DNA of 63,760 bases, counting the filler. It is 8 parts of 8 records of this genome, joined end to end, with 100 filler letters (N's around TTAATTAATTAA, not from the genome) between each part and the next. Parts side by side here need not be neighbours in the genome. Positions count along the whole stretch, not along the records: positions 1 to 9,009 come from SRR31156797_43295; positions 9,110 to 16,532 come from SRR31156797_43296; 6 more parts are not named here. The stretch is one strand, 5' to 3'. Below, one piece after another: positions 1 through 9,874 of this stretch. The translations under genes and the position numbers were made by a program. A model generated the notes under the pieces. The model was given only the letters and a program-made list of their open reading frames with translations, was not told the origin of the DNA and made no database searches. The number at the start of each line of letters is the position of its first letter. Positions within the stretch are counted from its first letter, which is position 1.

Positions 1-108
1 GGTTAGATGGAATCAATTCTGATGGTCCCGGTCGAGGTGGTCCGCCAGGCGCCCGGCGCAACGGCTTCCTGGTTCTCGGCAAAATTTTCATGTTTCGCAG
101 CCTCTTCG

Positions 109-130
109 GAGTTTTTCAGCAGCCTGCTAG
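109..130. mobile_element. Candidate IS (IS5/IS1182-like) or MITE terminal inverted repeat abutting a CTAG target site
   Basis: GAGTTTTTCAGCAGCCTG followed by CTAG; resembles CAGGCTGCTGAAAAA-type IS termini. The CTAG overlaps the stop codon of the adjacent methyltransferase. No transposase is visible because the contig ends. Confidence 0.4.
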
Positions 131-885
131 CGGTGGGTCAGCATAAGAATGCCGTTGCCGAGGGGAAGCAGGAAACGCATCAGGTCGTCACGCTCCGCCA
201 CACGATCCAGCAGCCTTCGCACGCCCTGCCCCTTCTCGGTTTCGGGATGTTCGCGCAAGGCGTCGCCGCCGAAACAGCAGTCGTCGACGACGAACAGCCC
301 GCCCGCGGCGAGCAACGGCCAAAGAGCCTCGAAATAGTCGGGATAACGTTCCTTGTTGCCGTCGAGAAAGATGAAATCGAACGGCGATTTTTCCCTCAGT
401 TCCCCGGTCAATTCCATCGCATCGCCTTCAATTAGCTGGATGCGGTCGGAAAGACCGTTGTCCGCGATGTTGCGGCGTGCCAAGGCGGCAAATTCATCGA
501 ATTTCTCGACGGTCGTGACACGGCCGTCCGACGGCAACGCTTTCGCGAGAGCCATTGCGGAGACACCGATGAAAGTGCCGATCTCCAGAATATTCCGGGA
601 CCTGCCCAGCCTGACCAGGAACTGGAAAAACGCCAGTGACACGGGTGTCGAGCCCATCTGCTCGAGCGAAATTCTTGGAGACGGCGTAATTTGGAATTCT
701 TCCTGCGGATTGCCAATCCCGCTCACCCGTTCGATTAGTTCATAAAGATCCCGGTGATAGTCTTCGGAAATGCGGTTGACTTCCATGTGGGAACCATACT
801 GATTAGGCAGGAATCGCTGCCAAAAACGGACTTCCGAGTCCAACATGATCATCTCCTGGGCGGGATTGTCGGGATCATAAGGCAA
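127..885 (-). CDS. Class I SAM-dependent O-methyltransferase (caffeoyl-CoA/catechol OMT-like)
   Basis: ILEIGTFIGVS SAM-binding motif; FDFIFLDGNK..Y and VVDD motifs. Confidence 0.85.
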   Translation of the reverse strand: MPYDPDNPAQEMIMLDSEVRFWQRFLPNQYGSHMEVNRISEDYHRDLYELIERVSGIGNPQEEFQITPSPRISLEQMGSTPVSLAFFQFLVRLGRSRNILEIGTFIGVSAMALAKALPSDGRVTTVEKFDEFAALARRNIADNGLSDRIQLIEGDAMELTGELREKSPFDFIFLDGNKERYPDYFEALWPLLAAGGLFVVDDCCFGGDALREHPETEKGQGVRRLLDRVAERDDLMRFLLPLGNGILMLTHR

Positions 886-1002
886 TTAACAGCAATGATT
901 TGGCCAGACGGTAAGTAAATTTAAACGCCCATGATGGCCCATTGATTGCGACCGCGCCACCCGTCATGTGAACCTGTGCGCTTAACGAGGACCGACCCGC
1001 AG

Positions 1003-1983
1003 ATGACCGTACCGGAACATCGCGATATGCCGGAAAAACCGGCCAATCGGCAGGCAATCGAAGATGTCGCGCGCAACCTGGGTCTCGACTCGGCCGCGGA
1101 GCTTCTTGATTTTCCGCTTTTCCTGCAATTCGAAACCGTATCGACCTGCAACGCCCGTTGCCTGATGTGTCCGGTTGAGGAATGGGAACGCGGCACGTTG
1201 TTGATGCGCGACGACCTTTTTGAGCGGCTGGCCGAACAGGTCGAACCGCATGTCGGCACCGTCCGCCGCGTCACCATTCAGCTCGACGGCGAACCCCTGA
1301 TCGACACCAAGCTGGAAGACCGGATCAAACGGCTCAAAACCATGGGTGTCGGCCTCGTTGCGTTCGCGACCAACGGATCGCTGATGACCCGCAAACGGGC
1401 CGGAAGCATCCTGGCTTCCGGCATCGATGAAGTCACCTTTTCCATCGACGGCGCCGAAAAAGAGACGTTTGAAGCCATCCGCCGCCGCCTCGATTTCGAA
1501 ACGGTGGTCGACAATGCCAAGGCTTTCCTGGCCCTTCGCGACCAAATGAACGCCGACTGCCGGGTCCGGGTGCGCATGGCGGTGGGCGAGAAAAACGCCT
1601 CACAATTCCCGTCGTTGAAAGCCTTTTGGTCGCAATTCATGCGGCCCGGCGATGCGGTCTATGGAAAGCTTTTGCACAACTGGGGCGGCTGGCGAACCGA
1701 ATACGATCTTCCCAATCAAGTATCGGCGGAAGAACTGAATGCGCTTCCCTGCCAATCGCCGTGGACGTCGCTGATCGTGTTGACCGACGGACGGGTGCCG
1801 CTGTGCTGTGCCGATTACAACGCCGAAATCCAGCTCGGCGACGCCTATACGCAGCCGCTTCGGGAAATTTGGCAGAGCCGGGTCCTGGCCAACATCAGGG
1901 CCGGTCATTTGGCGCTGGGTCGCAACAGCACGAAGATGTGCATCGACTGCAACATGTGGGATGCATCTACGCAGGTCGAATAA
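1003..1983 (+). CDS. Radical SAM protein with C-terminal SPASM/twitch domain
   Basis: CNARCLMC (CxxxCxxC); GEP; C-terminal CQSPW...LCC...CIDC. Start placed at ATG 1003 after GAGG (ORF is open from 946). Confidence 0.88.
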   Translation: MTVPEHRDMPEKPANRQAIEDVARNLGLDSAAELLDFPLFLQFETVSTCNARCLMCPVEEWERGTLLMRDDLFERLAEQVEPHVGTVRRVTIQLDGEPLIDTKLEDRIKRLKTMGVGLVAFATNGSLMTRKRAGSILASGIDEVTFSIDGAEKETFEAIRRRLDFETVVDNAKAFLALRDQMNADCRVRVRMAVGEKNASQFPSLKAFWSQFMRPGDAVYGKLLHNWGGWRTEYDLPNQVSAEELNALPCQSPWTSLIVLTDGRVPLCCADYNAEIQLGDAYTQPLREIWQSRVLANIRAGHLALGRNSTKMCIDCNMWDASTQVE

Positions 1984-1992
1984 TCCCGGCAA

Positions 1993-3555
1993 TCAATCCA
2001 GCAGATCGGCGTGACGTTCGAGAAAGGCCCGCGCCGGTCGCCACGGCACGTCGAAACGATAGGGATTGGCGCAGGAATTGAACCGCTTCACAAGAGCCTC
2101 GTCCTCATCCGTGTAGGCAACCGTTCCGTCCAACCGCTCGATCATTTCGATCACCGCTTCCTCGATCTCCTCGGGCGGATTGTCGAGGAAGTACAGATCC
2201 CGTGATTCGTAGGGAAGCGTGTATTCGTTGTTGGCGAAAGGCGGCGCCGACGCCTCGCGCATCGACAGAACCCGGCCGTCCCGCTTGCTCTTCAGGAGCT
2301 TGGGCACGAACAGCACTTGCTCACCGGCCGGCCAGTTGGCCGGAGGGAACCAGTTGGTGCCGATGACCGGACGCCCGAAAGCGAGGGCGACATCGACTGG
2401 CCCCGACGCCATGCCGATAAAAAACCGGCAGGCGCCGAGCAGGAAGATATCGAACCAGTCGACGCGGTCCATGGTGCAGGCATAGTCGATGACGCCTTCC
2501 ATGGGCGGCAGCGGCGCCATGGTCGGATCGCCGATGCGCACCACCCAGCCGCCGCGCTCGGTGATCGCCTTGATGGCCGGCAGGTAACCGTTGATATCGG
2601 CATTGCGGAAGCGGATGGGATCGAATACGAGATCGCGGTCGAAGTCCTTCGGTTCCCGAATATGAAGGGTAACGAACCAGCCATCGCCGGGCATGCCAAG
2701 TTTCTTGAGATTGGCCTCGCCGCGTTCACGGTCCTCGTCCTTGAGCGCAAACACCGGCGGTTTGCCCCGCTGCATCCACCGGGCCTGGGCCAACCGATAG
2801 ACCACATTGCGGTAATACCATCGCCCGTCGGGCCCTGGGAAATGCAGCGTGTCGAAATCGCAGCCTGGCCAGCGGCGATACCAATTTTCGGCCTCGACGG
2901 GATCGGCCACGACCGTGACAAGGTCGCGGACATAGTCGAGCAATCTGCTGTTTGGCAGAAGCGGCTCGGATACGACGAGGACCGGTCGGAATTCCGGAAG
3001 CCAACCGGCCTCGCGGCATTTGACCAGGATGTCGAGCGACGTCGCCAGTTCGCCGAAACCCTGAGAAATGATCGAAAGAGGACCGAGGATGCGCGTTGCC
3101 GGTTCTCCGATCCGGACCGATATCTGTTCCGCCGTGGCTTGTTGAATCTCGTTTGCGATTCGATATTGCTCGGAAGCCGGGTTCAGATCACCCGCGAGGT
3201 AAAGAGCATCGCCGAGATGAAACAATGCTTCGGTATCCGTCGGGTTCACCTGGCTAAGCAACCTGAAGAACCGTTCCGATAAATCCAGTTTTCCGCCTTC
3301 CTTGTAAAGCCGGCCAAGGGCCCTCAGCACCGTCTCGGCATCCGGATCGATCTGTCCCAAGGAAAGCGCCTTCAGAAGATAGGGTTCGGCCAAATGCGTA
3401 AAGCGCCGGTGGTTGGCGCAATAAACGCCGATTTCCGCGTTCGCCCGTCGATCGTCCGGATTTTCCTGGATTGCCTTCCATAGGCGTTCCCTGGTTCGCA
3501 GGTCCTGTTCGGCCAAAGGATCCGCTACCGGTTTTTGTTGTTCGTGTTCGCTCAT
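1993..3555 (-). CDS. TPR-containing putative glycosyltransferase, TIGR04372-like (copy 1)
   Basis: N-terminal TPR-like helices; C-terminal WFVTLHIRE, RNADI..Y..AI..I..RGGWVVRIGD, IDYA, CRFFIGMASGP, DNPPEEI. Confidence 0.75.
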   Translation of the reverse strand: MSEHEQQKPVADPLAEQDLRTRERLWKAIQENPDDRRANAEIGVYCANHRRFTHLAEPYLLKALSLGQIDPDAETVLRALGRLYKEGGKLDLSERFFRLLSQVNPTDTEALFHLGDALYLAGDLNPASEQYRIANEIQQATAEQISVRIGEPATRILGPLSIISQGFGELATSLDILVKCREAGWLPEFRPVLVVSEPLLPNSRLLDYVRDLVTVVADPVEAENWYRRWPGCDFDTLHFPGPDGRWYYRNVVYRLAQARWMQRGKPPVFALKDEDRERGEANLKKLGMPGDGWFVTLHIREPKDFDRDLVFDPIRFRNADINGYLPAIKAITERGGWVVRIGDPTMAPLPPMEGVIDYACTMDRVDWFDIFLLGACRFFIGMASGPVDVALAFGRPVIGTNWFPPANWPAGEQVLFVPKLLKSKRDGRVLSMREASAPPFANNEYTLPYESRDLYFLDNPPEEIEEAVIEMIERLDGTVAYTDEDEALVKRFNSCANPYRFDVPWRPARAFLERHADLLD

Positions 3556-3605
3556 GATCGTTTTCTTCGGCAATTCATTCGGACCCCAGCAATCCTGTCA
3601 TCCGA

Positions 3606-5168
3606 TCAATCCATCAGATCGGAATGCCGGCGCAGGAAGCCGCGCGCCGGACGCCATGGAACTTCTAAACCGTAGGGATTGGCACAATCGGCAAATTGAC
3701 TCACCAGTTTTTCGTCCTGATCGGTGTAGACGGCAACCCCTTCGAGTCTCTCGATCATCTCGATGACCGCCTCTTCGATTTCCTCGGGTGGATTTTCCAG
3801 TACACCGATACCCCGTGATTCGAACGGCAGCACATAGTCATTGTTGGCGAATGGAGGTGCCGTCGCCTCGCGCAGGGGCAACACGCGATCCTCGTCCATT
3901 TTTTTGAGCAGTTTGGGGATGAACAGAACCTCATCACCGGCAGGCCAATTGGCCGGCGGGAACCAATTCGTTCCCACGATCGGACGGCCGAAGGCCAGGG
4001 CCACGTCGCCCGGCCCCGACGCCATGCCGATAAAAAAACGGCAGGCGCCAAGTAAAAAGATGTCGAACCAGTCCCGGCGCGGCACAGAGCACGCATAATC
4101 GATGACACCGTCCATCGGCGGCAAAGGTTCCATGGTCGGATCGCCGATCCGAACGACATAGCCGCCGCGCTCGGTTATCGCCCGAATGGCCGGAAAATAG
4201 GCTTCGATGCTGGCGTTCCGAAAGCGGATGGGATCGGACGCTAGAAGCCGGTTCAAGCCCATCGACTGGCGCACGTGAAGGGTTGCAAACCAGGCGTTCC
4301 GGGGCATGCCCAATTCGTGCAGCAGGGCCGTTCCGCGATCTCTGTCCTCATCCTTCAAATCGAAAACCGGAGGGTTGCGTCTTTCCGCCCACCAAGCCTG
4401 AGCCAGACGATAGGCGACATTTCGATGATACCAACGACCGTCCGGACCCGGGAAGTGAAGCGTATCGAAATCGCAACCCGGCCACCGGCGATACAACTTC
4501 TCGGCCTCGGTCCGGTCCGTAACGACGGTGACGAGGTCGCGGGCATAATCGAGCAATCGATTGTTCGGCAACGCCGGAACGGATATCGGCAGTATGGATC
4601 GAAAGTCCGGCAACCATCCTGCTTCGCGGCACTTGACCAGGATATCGAGTGACATCGCCAGTTCGCCGAAACCTTGCGAGATCACCGAAAGCGGTCCGAG
4701 GAGGCGGGTTGGGGGTTCTCCGGTTTGCTTTGCGATCCGTTCCGACTCGGCCTGATGCAGGTCGTTGGCCCGCCGGAATAGTTCAGAAGCCCGATCCAGG
4801 TCTCCGGTCAGATAGACGGGATCGCCCAAATTGACCAGCGCTTCGGTGTCGGACGGATTGACGTCGCTGAGAAGTCCGAAGAACCGTCCTGCCAGCTCCA
4901 GATTTCCGGCATCCTTATATAAATGAGCCAACGCGCGCAGAGCGGTCCCGGCTCCGGCGTCGATCTGGCCCAGCGAGAGCGCCTTCAACAGGTACGGTTC
5001 GGCCACATGCGTATATCGTTGGCGGGCGGCGCAATAGAGGCCGATTTCCAAATTGGCCTGACGGGCTTCCGGATTTTCCTGAACGGCCCGCCATAAGCGC
5101 TCGCGGATCCGCTGATCCTCCTCGGCCAAGGGGTCATTTGCATCCGCCCGGTCAGCCTTGTCGCTCAT
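3606..5168 (-). CDS. TPR-containing putative glycosyltransferase, TIGR04372-like (copy 2)
   Basis: Same motifs as copy 1 and closely similar to it (shared RRWPGCDFDTLHFPGPDGRWY). Start MSDKAD at 5168 with GAGG RBS. Confidence 0.75.
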   Translation of the reverse strand: MSDKADRADANDPLAEEDQRIRERLWRAVQENPEARQANLEIGLYCAARQRYTHVAEPYLLKALSLGQIDAGAGTALRALAHLYKDAGNLELAGRFFGLLSDVNPSDTEALVNLGDPVYLTGDLDRASELFRRANDLHQAESERIAKQTGEPPTRLLGPLSVISQGFGELAMSLDILVKCREAGWLPDFRSILPISVPALPNNRLLDYARDLVTVVTDRTEAEKLYRRWPGCDFDTLHFPGPDGRWYHRNVAYRLAQAWWAERRNPPVFDLKDEDRDRGTALLHELGMPRNAWFATLHVRQSMGLNRLLASDPIRFRNASIEAYFPAIRAITERGGYVVRIGDPTMEPLPPMDGVIDYACSVPRRDWFDIFLLGACRFFIGMASGPGDVALAFGRPIVGTNWFPPANWPAGDEVLFIPKLLKKMDEDRVLPLREATAPPFANNDYVLPFESRGIGVLENPPEEIEEAVIEMIERLEGVAVYTDQDEKLVSQFADCANPYGLEVPWRPARGFLRRHSDLMD

Positions 5169-5205
5169 GTCCGATCCTCGCGCCGGAGAAATCCCCGGAT
5201 TTTCG

Positions 5206-6792
5206 TCAGTCGGCGTCAACCCACTCGGGATGACGCTCAAGGTAGGATGGCGCAATCGGTGCCCACAGGTCGATCCCGTGGGGATCCGCCTGCCGCGCGA
5301 ACTCGGCGGCATGGTCGCCGAGTTCGGCCGCCGCACCGGGAGTCCCGTCCAGCATCGCGAACATGTCGATCACGCCGTCGATAATTTCGTCGGCCGTGTT
5401 GTCGACGACGTCTATTCCCAACCGCTCGAATACCAGCGGATTGATATTCCCCGCCAACGGCGGTTGCACCCCCTCGGCCAGAGTCAACGGACGCCCGGTC
5501 TCGCGGGATATGCGGATTTTCGGCAGGAAAAGGTCCCGGGCTCCGAAGGGCCAAGCCCCCAGCGGTAAGAAATCGGTTGCCAGTACCGGCGTTCCGAATA
5601 CCCGCGCGACATCCGTCGGACCCGACGGCGAACCGAGAACAAACTTGCAGGCGGCTATGCAATAGAGATCCAGCCAAGGGGAGCGGGCCGGGCTGTGCGC
5701 ATAGTCGATGACGCGGTCCATGGGGGGGAAGGTGCTCATGCTTTCATCGCCAAGTCGCACCACCCAGCCGCCACGGTCGGTGATCGCTTTCACCGCCGGC
5801 AGATAGGTTTGAATATCCGGATTTCTCAGATCGTTCTGGGTTCCCAGCACGTCCGCGTTTTCTTCGTAAAACCCGCGCTCGCGTACATGCAGGCAGACAA
5901 ACCAGTCGTCCGGTCCGATGCCCAGGCTTTCCAACGCCGATCGGCATTCGGCCACCTGTGATTTTGGAAATTCGACGATGGGTGGCTTTGCCGCCGCCAC
6001 CCAGGCGGCCTGAATGGCGCCGTAAGCGAGATCCCGGCTGGCGACAATCTTGTCGTTGATCGGAAGGTAATTGGCGAAATAGGGACAGGCCCCGTATTTC
6101 GTTTCGATGTCGGCGATTTCGTCGGCCTCCGTAACCACCCGGACATGCGGCGCCAGGCATTCGGCCAACGGCATGTTGGCGGTCGAACCGGCCGGCGCCA
6201 ACATAATCGCTTCGAAATCATCGACCAGGCCAAGCGCGCGGGCCTTGAGAAACATATCCATCGTCGCCGCCATTTCGCCCATATGGATGCTGATCGTCGA
6301 CGCCGGCGCCAGGATTCTGGTCGGCTCTTCGCGAAGCTGATCGGCAACGGCACGCGCATTGTGATCGAGGATCGTCATCGCATGACGGAAGGCCTGCGAT
6401 GCCGCCTCGATATTGCCGCCCAAGGTCAACGCGTCACCCAGCAGATACAGATAGTTGGCATGGCCGGGGAACTTTTCGACCAGCCAATGGAACAGGGCGA
6501 CGGCGTCGGCGACATTGGCCCGCCGTAAGTTGATCTCGCCCAGGGTGCCGACGATTTTCGGCGTCAGGGCATCCTGTTGGCCGTGCGCCAAGGCTGCCGC
6601 AAGCAGGGATTCGGCTTCAAGCAGATGGTCACGCTTCAGACTCAGCATCAGGCCGAGGCGGGCGTTGGCATCGTAATCATCGGGCGAGGTCGCCAGGCGA
6701 TCGAGCAGGCCGGACATTTCCCTGGCCGCCTCGGCCGAAGCGATATCGCCGATCACCTGTCGAAGCGTTTCAAGAATTTCCGGCGACGCCAT
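5206..6792 (-). CDS. TPR-containing putative glycosyltransferase, TIGR04372-like (copy 3, more divergent)
   Basis: WFVCLHVRE, RNPDIQTY, GGWVVRLGD, IDYAHS, CKFVLGSPSGP, DNTADEI. Confidence 0.75.
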   Translation of the reverse strand: MASPEILETLRQVIGDIASAEAAREMSGLLDRLATSPDDYDANARLGLMLSLKRDHLLEAESLLAAALAHGQQDALTPKIVGTLGEINLRRANVADAVALFHWLVEKFPGHANYLYLLGDALTLGGNIEAASQAFRHAMTILDHNARAVADQLREEPTRILAPASTISIHMGEMAATMDMFLKARALGLVDDFEAIMLAPAGSTANMPLAECLAPHVRVVTEADEIADIETKYGACPYFANYLPINDKIVASRDLAYGAIQAAWVAAAKPPIVEFPKSQVAECRSALESLGIGPDDWFVCLHVRERGFYEENADVLGTQNDLRNPDIQTYLPAVKAITDRGGWVVRLGDESMSTFPPMDRVIDYAHSPARSPWLDLYCIAACKFVLGSPSGPTDVARVFGTPVLATDFLPLGAWPFGARDLFLPKIRISRETGRPLTLAEGVQPPLAGNINPLVFERLGIDVVDNTADEIIDGVIDMFAMLDGTPGAAAELGDHAAEFARQADPHGIDLWAPIAPSYLERHPEWVDAD

Positions 6793-7542
6793 CTAGTCTT
6801 CCCGAGCAATGTCGAGACGGAGGCGATAGGTTATTCCGTCGCGGGTCAACAGGGCCGTCGAATCCGGTTCGAAATCGTGGGCCAGAACCCGATCGATCAA
6901 TTCGTCGACCTTCATGGCTTCATCGCCTTCAATCTTGCGATCGGCGACCGTGTCACGCCGTCGGTGATAGGATCCTTTCCCAGCCTGCGGAACGGTATTT
7001 AAGCGTCCGGCGTAGATATCCGGCCACCGGTCCCGGAACAGTTGAACCAATTCCGTCTTTAGGCGGCGTTGAAAATCGGCTCCGGTTTCCGGAAATTCAT
7101 ACGGCACGACTTTTTGAGAGTAGATCGCACCGGTATCGATCCCGGCCTCCATTTCGACCAAGGAAACCCCGGACGGCTCACCATCCCGTATCGCCCAGGT
7201 CGCGCAGTCGTTGCCCCGGCAATGGGGAACCAGGGCCGGATGAATATTGAGCCGGCGATCAAACAATTGCAGGAACTCGGGCGATAAGATCCGATCCGCC
7301 CAGAGATTGAGCAGCCAGGCATACCGATTTCCATCGGCCACCATCCGATCCAGAATCTCGTCGGTGACAATGTCGGCCGGAACCCCGGCGGACTCCGCCA
7401 CGGCCAGGATATCCGTATCGGTCGGGCGAATGACATAGAGCCGGGCCAGGTCCGTTCCGCTGGCGATCAGGGCCTCAAAGGCGTCGCGGCCGACATCCTT
7501 GGTCGCAAAAACGATGATCTCAGGATTTTCCCCGCTCGTCAT
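6793..7542 (-). CDS. Formyltransferase family protein (likely NDP-aminosugar N-formyltransferase)
   Basis: LNIHP...RG...WAI...G...IDTG with the N/H/D catalytic residues present; lies in a sugar-biosynthesis context. Confidence 0.8.
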   Translation of the reverse strand: MTSGENPEIIVFATKDVGRDAFEALIASGTDLARLYVIRPTDTDILAVAESAGVPADIVTDEILDRMVADGNRYAWLLNLWADRILSPEFLQLFDRRLNIHPALVPHCRGNDCATWAIRDGEPSGVSLVEMEAGIDTGAIYSQKVVPYEFPETGADFQRRLKTELVQLFRDRWPDIYAGRLNTVPQAGKGSYHRRRDTVADRKIEGDEAMKVDELIDRVLAHDFEPDSTALLTRDGITYRLRLDIARED

Positions 7543-7590
7543 TTTTTCATTCGCCGTCTAAGCAAGGCGCGGAACAGCGCCGCCCTACCC

Positions 7591-8130
7591 TCATTGTCCG
7601 ACACCCGGGTTCATCCCGATTTGCCCGAGCAACTTGCGGAAAAATGCTTCGGCCCGTTCGCCCCCATCCGCTTCCGGCGCCCAGTCTGCGAAAACGGTTC
7701 CCGAAAACGGGCCCGGCAGGATCTCGACAAAAGCCGTCTCGTCGGAAACGGCGAAAACGGTGTGAAATCCGTCTTCCATGACGCGGGTCGCGACCGGCCC
7801 TCCATCCTCGAACTGACGCATACGGTAGTGTTCGATGACCGTGCCGTTTTCATCGAACATCACCACCTCAAGATCGCCCCGTATCAGATAATAGGATTTA
7901 CTGGTCGTCACCTGTTTGTGGGGACGGATATAGGTCATCCTGGGATGAACGATCAGCATTTCCTGAATCGGATCGTCCGCCCCGGGATGCAACAGGATTC
8001 GGTGCGTTTTCCCGGTCCGGCGAACCCGCGTCATCAGGTCGCCGACCGTCTCAGCCGAAATGTCGGCCCGACTTCCGGACACGCGTCGAACACCCGGTGA
8101 AACGTCTTGCAATATCAAACGGTTACTCAC
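7591..8130 (-). CDS. WbuC-family cupin-fold metalloprotein
   Basis: RILLH....D.IQEMLI....TYIRPHK...KSY..I.G...V.FDE.G...FHTV....F.E..PGPF pattern. Confidence 0.78.
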   Translation of the reverse strand: MSNRLILQDVSPGVRRVSGSRADISAETVGDLMTRVRRTGKTHRILLHPGADDPIQEMLIVHPRMTYIRPHKQVTTSKSYYLIRGDLEVVMFDENGTVIEHYRMRQFEDGGPVATRVMEDGFHTVFAVSDETAFVEILPGPFSGTVFADWAPEADGGERAEAFFRKLLGQIGMNPGVGQ

Positions 8131-9009
8131 CGTAAAACGCCCTCACGCATTCCGCGACATAGGAGACATCTTCATCCGCAAGCTTCTCGTGTATCGGCAA
8201 ACAGATTATGCGTTCGGCCAGCCATTCGGCAACCGGCAAACGAGGCCGCCTCAAATGGGCGTAGGCGGGTTGATCGGGCATCAGAGGATTGTGCTTGATC
8301 TTGGTTTCGATCCCTTGCTCACTCAAATAGTTTCGCAATGCGTCCCGTCGTTCGGCGATTACCGAATAGTCGAAAAACACGCTTTCGCCTTCAACCGGCT
8401 CATCTGGGCTTTTTGCGGGAAGTTCCACGACGCCTTCCAATAGCCGCGTATACATCGTCGCAATTTCCTTGCGCCGCTCGATATATCGTCGGTAATGACG
8501 GCGGCTGACCATCAACAGTGCTGCCTGCAGGGGGTCCATCTTCGAATTCAAACTCGGCCATCGGCAGATTTCGGCCTTCTCGGTACCCAGATATCTCAGG
8601 GCCAACAGGCGATCGCGAATGTCCTCCCGGTTGGTGACGACGGCTCCGGCTTCGCCGAACCCGGGAAGCACCTTCATCGGATTGAAGCTGAAGGCGCCGG
8701 CGACCCCGAACGCCCCTGCGGCTCGTCCCGAAATTGCCGCGCCATAGGCCTGGGCGGCGTCTTCGACAACCAGCAATTCGTGGTCGCGGGCGATGGCCGA
8801 GATGGCGGCCATATCGCACATGCGGCCGTTGAAATGAACCGGGACGATGGCACGCGTTTTCGGCCCGATGGCTTTTTCGATTTCGCCCGGGTCGATGTTC
8901 AGATCCCTTGATACGTCGGCAAAAACAGGGCTAGCCCCGGTCAGATGAATGGCGTTGAGTGTCGCGATCCAGGACAGCGGCGTCGTGATCACTTCGTCGC
9001 CCGGCGAAA
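8123..9009 (-). CDS. DegT/DnrJ/EryC1/StrS PLP-dependent sugar aminotransferase (5'-truncated by contig end)
   Basis: VVEDAAQAYG, FSFNPMKVLPGFGEAG (catalytic Lys), CLPIH. Confidence 0.92.
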
Positions 9010-9109
9010 NNNNNNNNNNNNNNNNNNNNNNNNNNNNNNNNNNNNNNNNNNNNTTAATTAATTAANNNNNNNNNNNNNNNNNNNNNNNNNNNNNNNNNNN
9101 NNNNNNNNN
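9010..9109. other. Artificial contig linker
   Basis: N-run/TTAATTAATTAA/N-run, 100 bp; abrupt GC shift across it. Confidence 0.99.
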
Positions 9110-9147
9110 CTGGAAAGCTTTGCCATGTATTACAGCCTTTATAAATA

Positions 9148-9864
9148 ATGAGAAGATTTTTTCATATTAAAATGCTATTGGTGGTACTTATTATAACGGT
9201 CTTTGCCAATGTAGCTTATAGTCAGATTCTGGAAATCAAGGAATGGGATGGAACTTATCCAGATATGGAAGATAGCTATCCATTGAGTTTTATCTCATTC
9301 AAAGGATGGTTAATTCCCGTGCCTTATTTTTTTATCCGTACTTATCCAACCCACTATTATATAGAAGTTGGTGCATCGCCAGTGACTGATGCAGGGGAAA
9401 TAGCCGGAGGAATAAAGACCGGGTTACTAAGGATTATTGCCAAAGCCCTGGAACGCCATCAGATGAAAGGGAGGCATTCGGAAACTGAGCAGATCAAAAT
9501 CAATACCGGATACCAACAAGAAATCAATCAAAAACTATTTGACGCACAAAATGATCAACTTGCTGATATCTATAAGCTGGCAGTCCAGTTTATTGAGCTC
9601 TACAAAAAGGTTGATCGGCTTGGAAAGTTGGAGAATTCTTCTCAGGTAAAAAAAATCCTGGAAAAAGAAGCAGACAGATTGCTTATGCAATTCCTGATGG
9701 TGAACCTGATGCAAAGCGACCATGGGCAGAAACTGGATGCTTTTACCCAAATCAACACTGGATTGAACAGCTTATCAGGTGAAGTGGATTATACCCACGG
9801 GAAACTGCACTTTTTCAATGCTGACAAATTACAGCCCATTAGCTATTCATTTCTCACTCAATAA
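9148..9864 (+). CDS. Secreted hypothetical protein upstream of traJ (conjugative element)
   Basis: Signal-peptide-like N-terminus, helical C-terminus, co-oriented with the tra genes. Confidence 0.55.
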   Translation: MRRFFHIKMLLVVLIITVFANVAYSQILEIKEWDGTYPDMEDSYPLSFISFKGWLIPVPYFFIRTYPTHYYIEVGASPVTDAGEIAGGIKTGLLRIIAKALERHQMKGRHSETEQIKINTGYQQEINQKLFDAQNDQLADIYKLAVQFIELYKKVDRLGKLENSSQVKKILEKEADRLLMQFLMVNLMQSDHGQKLDAFTQINTGLNSLSGEVDYTHGKLHFFNADKLQPISYSFLTQ

Positions 9865-9874
9865 TTCCATTGCT

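Noticed and set aside
1003-1983. Radical SAM/SPASM as a RiPP maturase or as the maturase for the sulfatase at 30410
   Set aside because: No precursor peptide or RRE is visible, and the sulfatase is on a different contig from a different organism.
3606-5336. ORF-track start at 5336 overlapping the upstream paralogue
   Set aside because: Alignment with copy 1 and the RBS favour ATG 5168; the extension is not protein-like.
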